From NCBI RefSeq assembly GCF_009914755.1, contig NC_060935.1: a DNA stretch of 64,000 bases. One strand, 5' to 3'. This document shows, piece after piece, positions 1 through 15,990 of the stretch. Both the position numbers and the translations under genes were made by a program. Numbering within the stretch: the stretch's first letter is position 1; each line of letters opens with the position of its first letter. The notes below the pieces were generated by a model. The model searched no databases, was not told where the DNA came from, and saw only the letters and a program-made list of their open reading frames with translations. The DNA is from the human T2T-CHM13v2.0 reference genome, Homo sapiens.

Positions 1-1372
1 TAATCTCCAAAAGCAGGTCCAAACCGAATAATTTTTTTCCCCTGAAACTAGATTCCTCCCTGTTTAGTAGAGTCCCCATTTCCAATTTAGGACTTTGCCA
101 ACCCCATACAACTTCTTTGCACAAAATACCCCAAGATAAGGTCAAGGAGAAGGCCTTACATTATGTCAGCCCCATTATCTGAGCTCGAGAGCCTCCCTTG
201 GCTCCGCCCTGTCTGGGCAATGCAGTGGGAGAGGGGACTGGGCTGGGGGTGGCCAGGTGGCTGTCTAGCCTGCCTGGTCACAAAGACCCCAGTGAGTGTG
301 AGATGAGCACATGACAGGGGCTCCGGGCAGGTCAGACTTGACGCCTCACTTGACCCCACTGACAGCCAGAGTTTGATAAAGACATGATTGAGTTGAGGAT
401 TTCTTTCTGACAGTTTAATGGATGGCTATAATTAGGGGCCTGCTCTGAGGGTGTGGAAACACATAGACCCCATTGTAGGGAGGCTAAATGCTACAAAGGT
501 CAAGGCCAAAATATGGTATGAAAGAAGCTCAACGTTTTCCAACACACAGGAGAAGTGAGTCAGTAGTGAAACGTGTTTACTAAGCATGATCAAGCATACC
601 CATTTCTTTTCAGTTCCTGAGCCTGATGGTTGTCATCAGTGGTGGGTCTCTGAAGCAGAGTTTCAGTCCTTGTGGCTCCAGAGACTAGCACTCTAAAGGT
701 GGAGTTGACAGGATAAACTTCCCACCTGATCTCAGAAAGCAACTGACTTTCTTTTCTTCTCCTGGAACCATCTCCCTGACTGAAAATAAGAATGACAACA
801 ATAACTGAGACATACACATTGAATTTTAATGTTAAATTTAAACAATATTTGTCAGTTTGTTTATGCTTCATTGTCAAAATAATGATTAATGAAAGTGGCT
901 TTAAGCCCTAGATACTTTCTGGGATGTTTTAAAAGACTTCTTCTTGGAATAAAGGAGCCATGATGTGCCAGCCATAATAAGATCCAACTAACAATGAACA
1001 AAAAAAATACAGTGAGTAATGGCAATAATGTTCTCATTAAAGGAAAATACCTCACAACTTAGACAGAAACAGAGGGAATTAGTGAAACTCCATCCATCGA
1101 GGGCTCATAGGCTGCCCTTGGAAATACTCTTACCTGGTCACAGTACTAGTGAATTCATTTCCTGGTTAAGTTGGTAAGGTAGGCATCTTGAAAGACATTC
1201 ATTAATCAAAGAATCAGATAATCCCAGGGCTGAAAAGGATTTTGGAGGCCCTAGAGTGCCAAAAGGCTGACCCACCTCTGCTGTATGGATTCTGATGAAC
1301 AGAAGCTCTGACTCCTTTACACTGCCTATCCCAATCTGGGTAGCTATGAGTATTAACAAACTTGTCCCGATA

Positions 1373-2030
1373 CAGTAGTCTCCCTTATCTGCAGTTTCAC
1401 TTTCTACAGTTTTAGTTACCTGTGCTTAACCGCAGTCCAGAAATAGTAAATGGCAAATCTCAGAAATACACGTAAGTTTTAAATTGCATGCCCTTCTGAA
1501 TGGCATGATAAAAATCTCATGCAGTCCTACTCCATCTCACCCAGGACGTGAATCATCCCGTTGTCTGGCATGTCCATGCTGTCTGCGCTACTCACCCATG
1601 AGTCACATAGGAGCCGTCTTGGTTATTAGATTGACTGTCATTTGTTTTGCAGTGCTTGTGTTCAAGTGACCCTTATTTTACTGAACAGTGGCTCCAAAGA
1701 ACAAAAGTAGTGATGCTGGCCATTTGAACATGCCTAGGAGAAGCTGGGAAGTGCTTTTGTTAAGTGAAAAGGTGAGAGCTCTTGACTTAATAACGAAAGA
1801 ATAAAAATTGCAATATTAAAGTTGCTGAGATCTACAGTGAGAATGAATTTTTTTACCTGTGAAATTGTGAAGAAGAAAAAAATTCATATAGTTTTGCTGT
1901 TGCACCCCAAACTTTATCATAGATATGTATGTATAGGAAAAAAACATAGTTGGGGTTGGTACTATCCTAGGTTTCAGGCATCCACTGGGTGTCTTGGAAC
2001 ATATTCCCTGTGAATAAGTGGGGACTACTG
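1373..2030 (+). mobile_element. MER44-family (Tigger7-derived) DNA transposon
   Basis: TIRs cagtagtctcccttat...ataagtggggactactg, preceded by TA. Confidence 0.8.
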
Positions 2031-2152
2031 CATTGAGCTAAAATCTGTTTTTTTTTTTTGTTTGTTTGTTTTTTTTAACCTCCCACTAATTGGTTCCATT
2101 CTACCAACTGGGGTCACATAGAACAAGGCTAAGTCCCTGTTACATATGTTAC

Positions 2153-2325
2153 TAGGACTGGCTATGTAATTTGCAGGGCCCAGTGCAAAATGAGAATGTG
2201 GGGCCCATGTTAAAAATTACTAAGAATTTCAAGATGGTAACAGAGCATTAAGCCAAGGGTGGAACCCTTCTAACTGCAGAGCTCTGTGTGGCTTTACAGG
2301 TAAGCAACCCAGAAAGTTGGCGGCG
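2153..2325 (-). mobile_element. MER45A-like hAT MITE
   Basis: gggcccagtgcaaaatga...aagaatttcaaga...cagagcattaa matches the recalled consensus. Confidence 0.7.
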
Positions 2326-3200
2326 TAGGGAACTTTCTGTTTTGTTTCTGAATGACTGGATTTGGTACAGTGTTAATAGAAGGAAACTATTTTTCCTCCA
2401 CTTTGTGTTATAACTCTTTTTCAATTCCTTCTTCCTTCCTGCAGATCCCATGGAATATTCTGGTCTTTTGCAGATATTAAAAGCCCAGTTCAATATTTTA
2501 TTAAACTCCAAGCTGTCAATCACTACCTTTGCCCTGGCTGGGGCTGGGAAACTGGCAGAGACTTGCTTCTTTTCTTTGTTCTCCTGGCTGATCTACCTCC
2601 CACTCTTCATGTTGCTGTTGGCTCCTTCAGGGCTGGCCAGGGGTAGAAGGAGAAGCGCAGTGGATGGGAAAGGTCTTCCTTACTTGGTAGGCCCAGGTGT
2701 GATCCGGCGTTTAAGGGCTCTCTGAGCTGAGCACTCAAGTGCTCCTCTTTTCTTTCATGGGTACATCTCTGGGTTCTTCTAAGCTCCTCCTCTGGGGACT
2801 CTCAACTGCGGTTTTCTGGTGCAGGGATGCCTCCTTTGGCTAGAAGTTGATGACATTCGCCCAGCCCATGGCTGGTGGTTCACTGCAGTCTCCTTCTGCT
2901 GGGTTCATCCACCCTGCACTCCCTAATTCCAGTGGTCCTCTTGGATAGAGTTTTCAAACTGCCTCATGCTGGTCTCTTCCTCAGGATTCACATGTGGACC
3001 TTGAGAAACATGTGTTTTTGCGCTGCCGTTTGCATAGCTCCCTTCAGTCTGCCAGCACAGCTTCTACTCCCTGCCCACAGCCAGAAACTCCCTCCTTCAG
3101 ATTTTCTTCCAAGTAAGTGTGACTCAGATACCAGTTCCAGAATCTGCCCCAATTCCAAGGAATATATGGCAAGCCTGTTAGAGGTTCTTTGAAACTCATC
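2325..3200 (-). mobile_element. Possible ancient Gypsy-type LTR relic (MamGypLTR/LTR88-like)
   Basis: Minus-strand tggagtttaataaaatattgaactgg...ttccctac resembles the 3' ends of these LTRs; weak. Confidence 0.3.
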
Positions 3201-3257
3201 TCAGTTGGCCTGAGTAGTGGAGGATTAGGAGGGCATTTCAGCATACAACTTTCTTTA

Positions 3258-3482
<225 letters not shown>

Positions 3483-3749
3483 ACAACTTTCTTTCTGAAG
3501 AAAGCTTACCATTTGTTGCTCCTCCTTAACGGATACTTAGTCTTTTCTTATATCATCTGGAGATGAGTGATAGACCAACGCAAGCAGAACAAATTATTGG
3601 TCTTGCCCCTTTCTCTAAATTTGAAGGTAGTTGGCACCTATTGTGGTTAGTGTTAGGGCTTTAGCAGACAGTGAGACAATAAAGAGAAGTCCCACTTGAA
3701 CATCCTGTTATACAAGTAATGGACTAAGAAACATTTGAGGATAACTACA

Positions 3750-4130
3750 GCTATGGATTCAATGTTTGTGTCCCCCACAAATTCATGTGTTGAACTCCTA
3801 ACTTCCAATGTGGCTATGTTTGGAGATAGGGCCTTTATGCAGGTAATTAAGGTTAAATTAGACTATAAGGGTAGGGACCTGATCTGGCAGAATTTGCATC
3901 CTTATTCTTAATTCCCTTTCTCTCTCATGTGCCCTTCTCTCTCCACCATGTGAGGACACAGTGAGAAGGAGGACATCTGTAAGTTAGGAAGAGGGTCCTC
4001 AACAGAACTAAATTGGCTGGCACCTGGATCTTGGACTTCCCAACCTTCAGAATCGTGAGAAAATAAATGTCTGTTGTTAAAGCCAGTCTGCTATGGCATT
4101 TTGTTAGTCAGCCTGAGCTGAGTAAGATGA
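3750..4130 (+). mobile_element. MaLR solo LTR (MLT1A-like)
   Basis: gctatggattcaatgtttgtgtccc...gaaaataaatgtctgttgttaaagcc...gagtaaga. Confidence 0.8.
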
Positions 4131-4819
4131 CTACTCTGCACTTCCGTGAGTGTTGCCTTTCTAAATGTGAGCACCTGCCATTCCTTTAATCCTCCGCAGC
4201 AGACCAAAATCTGTTTGCTCACCTCTCTGGACAGGCTCTAGTTTGTTACATATTGGAGTCACACTTTTCACAGGAATTGTTCTCCGTGGAGAACATTGAG
4301 CATAAGTGGAAATTGTGTTAAGCCACCTCACTCTTGAAAACCTGTTTGGTTGTTCTTAAAATGTAAATATAAAATATGAGATCAGTAGGATAAAGAAGGG
4401 TTGGATGCACAAACATATAACTAGGATTACTCTCTTGTAAACACAATTTAGATGGTTGTCTTTCTTTTTTGCTGAGGTTGCATGGTAGAATTTGGGTAAC
4501 GTAAATGCACTTTTGACGTAATGTGACTGTACTCAACTTAAAGGATGGTGCCCAGATCTGAACATGCTATCCCAGGGTGGTCTCCTGAGCAAAAGGAAGA
4601 GGACTCTCAACCCCAGGACCCAGAAACTGTAGTTCTCTGAATGTTTCCTGAAAGTGCAGTGATGCTGGTAGCCTAAATCCATCCTGCTATCTCATTTGGT
4701 GTCTCACTTTCTCTATTTTATCCTTTCTGTATGCTTTTTAAATGCAGGCACGGAACTCATACTTACCTCTTTCTTTCAGATTCTGTCCTTTGATGTATTA
4801 AAATATATTAATCGCTCTT

Positions 4820-5365
4820 AAAGTATCTCCTCACATGATGCTTATTAATTGCAAAAAGAAAAACAGTTAACTTTACAGAGGGGAAACCTGACAGCCTTCC
4901 CCATAAGCAAATGACTGGTGTAAGGTACAGTGGCATCATGTGCCTCTGGATACTATGCACTGAGAAGGACATAACACCACTGTGAGTATTGCTAAAAAGG
5001 CACAACCTCCATCGAACCTTGAGAAAACACCAGACACACACCCAGATGGTGGAACATTCTATAAAATAAAAGTATATCAATGTCATTAAAGAGAAGAAAG
5101 ACTGAGGACCTAGCTCACAGATTGGAGGAGATTAAGAAGACATACTGACTAAATGCAATGTGGATAAGAAAAAGGCCACTGGTGGGAAAATTGGTGAAAT
5201 TCAAATAAGGTCTGTAGATTAGCTAAGAGTATTGTATAAATGATAATTTCCTGGTTTTAATAATTTTACTAAGGTTTTATAAGATGTCAATGTAAGAGAA
5301 AGCTAGGAAAGGTTTTTGCAATTTTTCTTTGAGTCTATCATCATTACTTTAAACTAGAAGTTTAC
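4820..5365 (+). mobile_element. Old L1 (L1MC/L1ME) 3' end
   Basis: gactaaatgcaatgtgg...ggtgaaattcaaataaggtctgtagattag...tttttgcaatttttc. Confidence 0.7.
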
Positions 5366-5369
5366 AAAT

Positions 5370-6020
5370 TGTATTTATTGGGTCCCTCCTCTGTGCCACT
5401 CTCTGTGCTGGGAGGAGAGCAGTAAACAAGACACAAGCTCTGCTTTCAGAGGCTCACAGTAGACTTTGCAGAAGGCCAAGCAGTCATGTACTACTTGTTA
5501 TGATGGGTGTATGCATACAGTGCCAGAAAGAGCAAACAGCAGGGCTATTGGCTGGAGAAAACTGGAAGTGACATGGAAACTGAATCCCAAAGATGGAGTG
5601 GAGCTATCCAAATAAACAAATGGCTTATGGAAGAGAGATATGGGAAGCTGTTCAGGCACAGAGGCAAACTGTGCAAAGGCAGAGCCCGTTGGGGAACTGT
5701 AGGAATAGATCTGAGTGCTTCCTCAGTGTGCTGGAGGGCAGGAAGGGTGCGTTTGAAGTCTGTGAGCACGAAGGGGAGCAGGATGCAAGGGCCAGCCCAG
5801 GAAGGTCTCCTGAAGGCCTGCTAAAGAGCTGGAAGTGTGAAACTATTGAAGGATTCCAAACAGAGATTTGAAATGAGATTTATGATGTAGTGCATGCACT
5901 CTGGTCACCGAGTAGCTAATTGACTAGAGCCAGTAGTCAACGGCTAGTCTCTGATTCCAGTCAGAGTCAGTGTGGCCAGACGAGGCTATTGAGGTCATCC
6001 AGATGAGAGGACAGTGGCCT
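5370..6020 (-). mobile_element. L2 fragment
   Basis: tatttattggg...ctgtgcca...gtaaacaagaca = reverse complement of the L2 3' end. Confidence 0.6.
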
Positions 6021-6094
6021 GAGTGGGTGTAGAAATCAGTAAACGCCTCAGTGTCTTTGTGAATCTCACCTCTTTCCTAAGAAGGGAAAAGGAA

Positions 6095-6330
6095 TTAATG
6101 TGATTACCTACCATGAGCTGAGTTCTGCACTGGACACTTCACTCTCATCATTCCTTTATGTGCCTATCAAAGCCTGATGTTAGAGGGATAGTCATCTTCA
6201 TTTTAATCATAGGTAATTGAGGCTCTATAAGGTTCAGTGGTTGACATCCACTCCCTGCATCACAGAGGGGTGAATGACAGAACTGAGATTCAAGTCCAGG
6301 TCTGCATGGCTCCAGAGCTCATCCTCTATT
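6095..6330 (-). mobile_element. MIR
   Basis: cattttaatcataggtaattgaggct...gagattcaagtccaggtctg core. Confidence 0.6.
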
Positions 6331-9288
6331 TACTGTAAAATTTCACATATAATCTAATATTATACCTGTCAGCCTCATGTCATTGGCCAGTTGTCATGTG
6401 TAAGGTTTACAACCGAGAGAAACTAGTCTCCAGTGGCTCCTATTTTAGGTCAGACAGACTGTAAGCACACACAGAGCAGGAATCCGTCCGCCTGGTCCAG
6501 CGCTGGGCCTGCACAGTCCCCACGGCGAGTTCTCACCACAGCAGGCAGAGCTCTGCCCCATACCCTCCCTAGCCCCTCTGTACCCCAGGCTGCCAGGTGA
6601 ATGGAGCTGTGAAAGTTTGCTCCATGCCCTTCACTTAGTGTTCCAGTTAGGGAATTATTGAATGGTCTTAAGCTATTTCTCATTCAGATTTGTGGCACAC
6701 TTACTCTCTTTCACACTTAGCTGTGTTTCATGTTCAACTTACATCCAGGTTCAAACTATTTCACAAGATGGTTTTAGATTATAAACTAAAGAGACCAAAA
6801 AGGCAGGGACATTCAAAACAAATTAGGCCTCAAATTATACAATTTCATGACTAAGTCTGCAAATGTAATCTTGTGTTGCCTCTCCTCTCTGCTCGGGGCC
6901 ACCGTGTTATCTTCCTGGTGTTTTCAAGTGAGGTTCTGGATATTTATTCTGAAGACCATTCTCTCTGACTTCTTATGTCTTACCTCCTTTTGCCCACAAA
7001 GAAACCTCTTTCCCTCTGATCATGTAATGTTCCCTCTCAGACTACATTGCTTTCCAGACCTTTTCATTGCCAGCACTTACAGAGGTCTGTCACACTCTCT
7101 CTTCATAAATGTGCCCAACATGGTTCCTACCCCTCCACCTTCCACCCACTTCTGGAAAGAAACACACTTCCCACAGAACACTTTAAGTCCAAGCTTAGGG
7201 AAGCCACTTAGCTCCCAGGAGCAGATGAGACCCAGTCCTCCTCCTAGCCCAATTGTAAGCAAAAAAATAATAGCAAAGTCTTTGCTCAGGGTCTTTTGGG
7301 ACCAAACCACTTAAAAATAGAATACCCCAGAGAACATTTTAATCCTTGTAATTGAGGTATTTATCATCTGGAAATATAGCTGTTTCTATGTTGCCAGGTA
7401 CCTGGGGCTATTTGAGCAAGACCTCAATGCTGGGGTGATTGCTATGAATGTTAAGCCAGTCACCTGGGTGAATAGCAAAATAAGATTTTAAACAATAGTC
7501 TTGGCAGGTCCTATGCAAGGGAGAAATTTGGCTTAACCCAAAATAATAGATTTTTAATGGTGGAAACTATGGGTAGCATATTAGCAGCAGGTGAAAAATT
7601 TTGTGTGGGAGGCTTCTGCCTTCCAAGCATTCCTGTTTGTCTGCCTGTGATCCAGACCTTCAGAATTTGTTATCACGTCCAGGTAGTTCAGTGCGGGTGG
7701 GAATATCTCAAGTAATGTTTAATATTTACTGGTGAATAATTTATGGTTTTCTCAAACTTCCTTTGCTCCTTTGTTTATTCATTCATATAATCAGCAAATG
7801 TTTATTTGGGTATCAAAGATTCAAATATGAGATTATTACTTTTAAAGAGTTTATACTGTATCAGAGAGAAAGACATTTTAGTGGGAAACAGTGTACAATC
7901 AGTAAGCGCTATTGTTGAGTTATGTAAAAGGCCCCGTGGAACACAGAGACAAGAACAAGTTCTGCTTGAGGATCATGGAACGTTCTGTGGAGGAGACTGA
8001 GTTTAAACTCGCAGCTGGACACCTTCACTAAGAGGTGAGGGGACAGGGGTGGCATGGGAGGAGGACATTTCAGGCAGGGGTAGGGTGACCTACCATCCTG
8101 GTTTGCTTGGGCCTGAGGGAGTTGCTGGGGATCCAAGACTTTCACCGCTAAAACCAAACAGTTCCCAAACAAACTCATGGTCAATCACCTTAGAGAGGGG
8201 GAAATGTATGCTAAGGATGAGAATGGTTTGGCCCTTCCCATTTCTACAATAATGATCTGTTCTACGTAGTCAATGTCTCTTTTCTCTTTAGATACTTTTT
8301 TCTTGCCTAGCAAAAGTTTTACTTATTATGGGTTATTTATAGTAAGAGCTTTAAGATCCACTTTCTATAACACGTCACACCTCATTTGCTCTCCTAAACC
8401 AATGCAATGCTTCAATGAGTCCTCAAGCAGAAATGAAGAACTGAGATCTGTTCTTACCTCTTTCTTTTAGCTACCCTTCTCTCTTTCCTGTGCGTCTTTC
8501 TTCTTTCTGCTGACTTCCTTCTCCTTCCCAGTCTCTGTCTCTTTCTTCGGCACCAAGTACCATCTCTGTTTCTGAGGAAGCAGCAGAGGAGCCTATGTGA
8601 TCCAGAGAACTTGTTCTTGGCTTCTGGAAGCAGAGATGCAGGAATGGACCAATAAGGCATTAAACAAATTCATTTAGAATCTCAAGAAAGAAATATCTAA
8701 CAGTATAATCATAATAACAAAATTTTGATTTCTTCAGAAGCACTCCAATAGCTTCACCCGCATTAGCTAATCTTGTGCAGTGAGGAGGTGCAATTCCCTC
8801 TAGTCTGGCGGATTCTGTTTGGTTACAGTATTTATAGTGGCTCCTTTTCAGAATCTGATTCTCTGCCCCTTTCTCCTAATGAATCTCCATGTTGGTAGAA
8901 ATACATTTATACCTTCCCTCCTTTAAAAATGGAATATGACACTACAGACAGACGGCATCCTAGTCCCAGTCTTCCAAGTTCACATATGTAACACATCTCT
9001 GTATTGTATATTCATATGCATTTTCCCATCTCTATACCTAACAACCACATGAACAAGTAGAACTTTGGGTGGACAAGGAATGGAACCACACAGAAGTTTA
9101 AAAGCTTAAAACAGAAGTGGGGGTCAGCTGAACAGCCTGCAGGTCCTTGAAAGTGGGGCTGTGAGTGCTGGGTCCATCAAGATGCCCTCAGCACAGTGCC
9201 CACCCAAAGGAAGAGCTCACTCTATATGTGTTGACTTCCTGATTGATGTGTATGCAGTGAGAAGGAATCAAACCAAAGACCAATAATT

Positions 9289-11629
<2,341 letters not shown>

Positions 11630-11804
11630 TTACACCACCAGCTTTTATAATTATTTCCCATGATCCCAGTGTCCTATTGACTCTTTTTAACCCCCAACAG
11701 CCCAAAGCTGTGGTGCCCAAACAAAGCTTCTGTTTTCCAGGAAACAGCTGATATTCCCATTGTCGTATTCCTTATTTTTATTCTGTAAGAGTGGGAGAGA
11801 CAGT

Positions 11805-11985
11805 ACAAGTAGGTAAAAGTTACAGGTTCTAGCATCAGACCTGTCCTCCACTCCTGGCTCTTGCTTACTACCTGTGTGACTTGGGCAAATCATTTTTTTA
11901 TCTCAGAGCCCTCTCCTTTATGTGTAGAACAATGACAGCACAGATTACCTCAAAAGATTGCTGTGCAGTTCAGCTGGGATAAGAC
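11805..11985 (+). mobile_element. MIR
   Basis: ctcctggctcttgcttactacctgtgtgacttgggcaaatca core. Confidence 0.65.
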
Positions 11986-12634
11986 TGGAGACATGGGGGT
12001 CTTCAGGGACTAAGGCTGAGTAAGCAGCCCCGTAACCACTTTTTTGAAGGTTACTGGTTGGTTGAGCCAAAAGGAAAAGAGAGCTCTGAAGGATGTCTCA
12101 GCACTTTTAAGTGGGTAGTAGGTTTGCTCATGTCTGATTGGCTAGAACTGGTCACATGGTATCATTCAACCAGGAAGAGTCTGGGAAGTACAATTCTCAC
12201 AGGTGCCAGGAAGGCACAAAGCTGGGAATATTTGGCAATTAGTACAGCATGCAAAGTACCTAGCACTATGACTGGCATGTTTTTTGTGCCACTCCACGCC
12301 AGCTGTATTTTAGTTCAGATCTGTTATCTATAAAATGCTGTACATGTATTGTTTAATATATTCAAAAGTGTTAATTGCTGGTAATTGATATATTACGTCC
12401 TCCCTTTCAGAAGTTCCTACAGCTTAATAGAAATTCCTGGAGTGACTCAATTCTCAGCCAGTAACTCAGTTAGTGGAAAGATTTGGGAAGTTTTCTGAAG
12501 GAGGTAGAATTTGAACTGGATTTGGATGTTTCGGTAGCATCTCAGTAACAAGCTATCAGGTAGGACTTCCGACGCATGGCACAGAGTGCCTGAGTTCTTT
12601 GCTTTGCGCATGCAATTTATTTATTTATGATTTG

Positions 12635-13050
12635 CCCATTTGTTTATTCATTTAGTTATTCATCAAATGTTTACCAAATGTTTATATGTGCCAGGCACTG
12701 GAGATATTAGCGTGGAAGAAGGCAAAGATGTTTCTCTTTGTGAAGCGTGCATTTTAGTAGGAGAAGACACTCAACCAAAAAAAAGAGAGTAAATATAGTA
12801 ATAGTATAGTAGGTGGTGATACGGTTATCAATGAATGAAGCAGAGTAGGGGGTAGACATGCAAGGGTTACAGAGAGTGGGAGGCTGTTGCTATTTTGTTG
12901 GGGGTGGTCAGAAAAGCAATAGAAGGGGCAGGCTCTGTGCAAATCTAAGAGAGGAGCATTCACAGAGTGACCAGCAAGGGCCATTGCTCTGAGGGGAGAG
13001 TCTTCTGGGCCTATATGGGGAAAGAGTGAAATGGTGGAAAGAACAGACAC
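12635..13050 (-). mobile_element. L2 fragment
   Basis: ttattcatcaaatgttta...tgtgccaggcactggagata. Confidence 0.65.
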
Positions 13051-13124
13051 TAGGAGCTGGGTTATTATCAGGGTTTTAATCTTGGCTCCAGTGTTGATTT
13101 GCTGCTGTACTTGGAGCTGGCAAT

Positions 13125-13378
13125 AAATAAAGTGGTTGCAAGGATCCATTGGGAGCTAGGCTGCCTGGGTTTGAATCCCAGCTCTGACCTTTACTAACTG
13201 GATAAGTGGGGTGAATTACTTCTCTCTCTAAGCTTCAACTCCTCCATCTGTACATGGGGGTGGGGACCCTCATACTTCATGCAATCTTTGGGAGAATTAA
13301 GTGAGTTAATCCACATAGAGCATGGAAACCAGGCCTTGACATGTTGTGAGCCCTCTCTGATGTTAGCTATTGCTATTA
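13125..13378 (+). mobile_element. MIR
   Basis: ctgcctgggtttgaatcccagctctgacctttactaactg...gttagctatt. Confidence 0.75.
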
Positions 13379-13964
13379 GAGCAAGTTATTTCCCCTTTTT
13401 GGGATTTCATACTGTTGTCCAGCGATTGTGAGCTTTGGAGGCATGGTCTCTTTAGCTTCTCTCAGGAAGTCTGAGGCTAATTTATATGTTATTCTGTGGA
13501 CCATTTGCTTGTCATTTGTTCTCTCCTCAGGAATTGTGTTTCTTCACAGTCCTCTTGCTGGATTTAGCTTCTTTCCAGTGAAGTTGAGCATGGGATCTTT
13601 CATTTGTCCTTGCTAGACTTCCATTTCTCTCTGCCTCACTGGTGGGCTTTATTCCTTCCTGGAACTTTGCACACTACTTCAGTACATTTTGTTGATTAAA
13701 AACATTCTCTCTACAAACTTCAATACACTGGCAAAGGATCTCTGTAGCAGAAACTTTAAAACATGAAACTGCAGGCTGCTTTCTGTTTGGAGACCAAGCA
13801 TCTGGGAAAGATGCCATTTGAACTAAGGGTGCACCAAGTCATAGACGCTCTTGGATGGCCCTTCCTGCAACATAGTCACAAATGCCAACAAGCATCTTAC
13901 TGCTGTAGCCATGTGCTCTGGTTGCTAATCATATAAAGTAGTGCATTTGAGAACCCATCCTATC

Positions 13965-14303
13965 CTTGGTCTGAACATTTGTCTCCATCCAAAATTGACA
14001 GATTAAAATCCTCAACACCAAGGTGATGATACCAGGAGGCGGAGCCTTCGGAAGGTGACTTGGTCTTGAGGGTAGAGGCCACACGCATGGGATGAGTGCC
14101 CTCATAAGAGGGGCCTAAGGGAGCTTGTTTGTCCCTTCTGACATGTGAAGTTACAGTGAGAAGATAGGGTCTATGAGGAAACAGGCCATCATTTGACACT
14201 GAACCTTGCTCTCTGGGCTGCCAGAAATGTGTTTTTTTTTTTTTTTTTTTTTTTTTTTTTGTCAGCTACCTGATATGGTATTCTGTTATGGCAGCTCAGA
14301 CAC
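13965..14303 (+). mobile_element. MaLR solo LTR (MLT1A/MSTD-like) with a ~30-nt polyT expansion
   Basis: aaatcctcaacacccaaggtgatg...tatggtattctgttatggcagc; T run at 14231-14260. Confidence 0.75.
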
Positions 14304-15129
14304 AGTCCTGCGTCTTTAGAACTCAGGGTACACTGTGTGCTCCATCAATGCTCATGACCATTTGGTACTCACGCCGGAGTGTGGGGGTTCAGAATGAACA
14401 CTGAGACCAGCCATGCAGCATCTGTCCTCTCTTTCTGTGAAAAGTGCCATTCTGTATGTGACATGGACCCCTAGCTTTAGACCCTACAGATCACGGTGCA
14501 GTGTCTTTCACAGAGTGAGTGTGCTGGGTACTAGTGATACTAAGCTGGGTGATAAACCCTGCTAGGCCCCAGAGAGGTGCGGCCTGCATGGAGTGGAGAG
14601 TGTGTGACAAGGTGAAGCAGCCCAGACAGAAGTGCCAGCACCACCATCCACTAATTGGGTGACCTCAGCCATGCACCCGAGCTCTGGGCCTCATCTTTCC
14701 CATCTATAACATGTGGGCATGTACTTTTGTTTTGGCAAATAAATGACAATATATGCTTTTAGAAACTGGTGGCTACTAATCTTATGTAAAGAATGTGTGT
14801 ATTTATCTTGCCAAATAAATATATGGTTGCTCTTCAATTTCGGATCATGACAAGTCGATATCATAATGAATTTGTTGTATTTCTTGGTCAGGGAAGAAGG
14901 AGAGAGAAAAAAACCAGTGCCTAGTGATGACGCCGAGTCAAGGTAAAACCTGGCCAAGGGTGGACCTGGCTCCAGTGTCTCTTCCAGTTCTCCTTCACCC
15001 TGGGGATTACTCATTTATCTCTATGAATGCAGATTTATGGACCTATAAATGAATATATGTGTTAGGGCCACCATTGCTTGTTGTAACTCCACAAAGCATG
15101 TTGACCACAAAACCTATTGAGGGCCATAG

Positions 15130-15990
15130 GGGCCCAGCCTGCAACGCAGCCCATCTGCTCCCTGCATCCTCATCCACCGCCTTCCTTACCACCGCCCACC
15201 CACATGCCAGCACTGCCGCGCGGCCTCTGCTCCGGCCGTCCCTTGGCCTACACTGCCTTTTCCTAATCTTTCCCAAGGCGACTCCTAACACCTTTTAAGA
15301 CTGCCTAGAATCACCGGGAAGGCTTCGCTGGCCCACCCCTGCCCGCCCAGCTTCCCCAGGCTGGGGGAAGTCCTTCTGGGGGCTTCCGTGTGCACCTCTG
15401 TGCCTCCACGTCCCTCCTCACACGGTGACTTTCCGATGATGCGCCTGCCTCCCCTGTCCATGGATAATGAATTCACCCAGGACAGGGCTTTGTCTTTTTC
15501 ATTCCTGAATCCGAAGCTTACCTGCTACTAGAGAATTTGTGAATTTCCGTTGAACACGTGGAAGACCTAGGAAGCTGTGGGGGAGAAAGAATGAATGACT
15601 TTCTTCAAGGCCTCCTGGCAAAGCAGCAGTGCAGCGGGAACCGGAGCCGGAGGACGCTGGCTCCTCACCTAGAGCCCTCCCTTGGGTCAGGGTGGCTCTT
15701 CTCTCCCATACCTAGCGTCCGGCGCTTGGCTTTGTTTCCCGGAGTGGGTGGCACTGTTTGGCCGCCACAGGCACAGCATCGCCCCTAGGCATCGCCCTCC
15801 GCACCCGGGGATGCGGCGTCCCCAGCCTTGCCTTTCTTGATGGCTAAAGCAACAGCGCCACCTTCCGGCCTCAAGGCCACCGGGCGTGGCCGGACTTGGG
15901 AGACCTTGGGCGCCCTCTTGTGGAATTTCAGAAGTTGGGCTGCGAAAATGACTCCGTTATCCCCAGCTGACCATGAGGCCCGCTGGGCAC
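15130..15990. promoter_or_regulatory. GC/CpG-rich non-repeat patch; candidate promoter/insulator
   Basis: Locally dense CpGs in a CpG-depleted window; contains a CTCF/ETS-like motif and a minus-strand donor. Confidence 0.55.
15853..15870 (-). promoter_or_regulatory. CTCF core motif
   Basis: GGCCGGAAGGTGGCGCTG, 13/14 match to CCRSYAGRKGGCRS. Confidence 0.6.

Noticed and set aside
2248-3200. Possible processed pseudogene
   Set aside because: No frame resembles a protein I recognise; an old LTR relic fits better
6847-7314. 155-aa ORF (also 26404..26853, 35808..36257, 48718..49173)
   Set aside because: No recognisable domain or splice context; such lengths are expected by chance, and several use non-ATG starts
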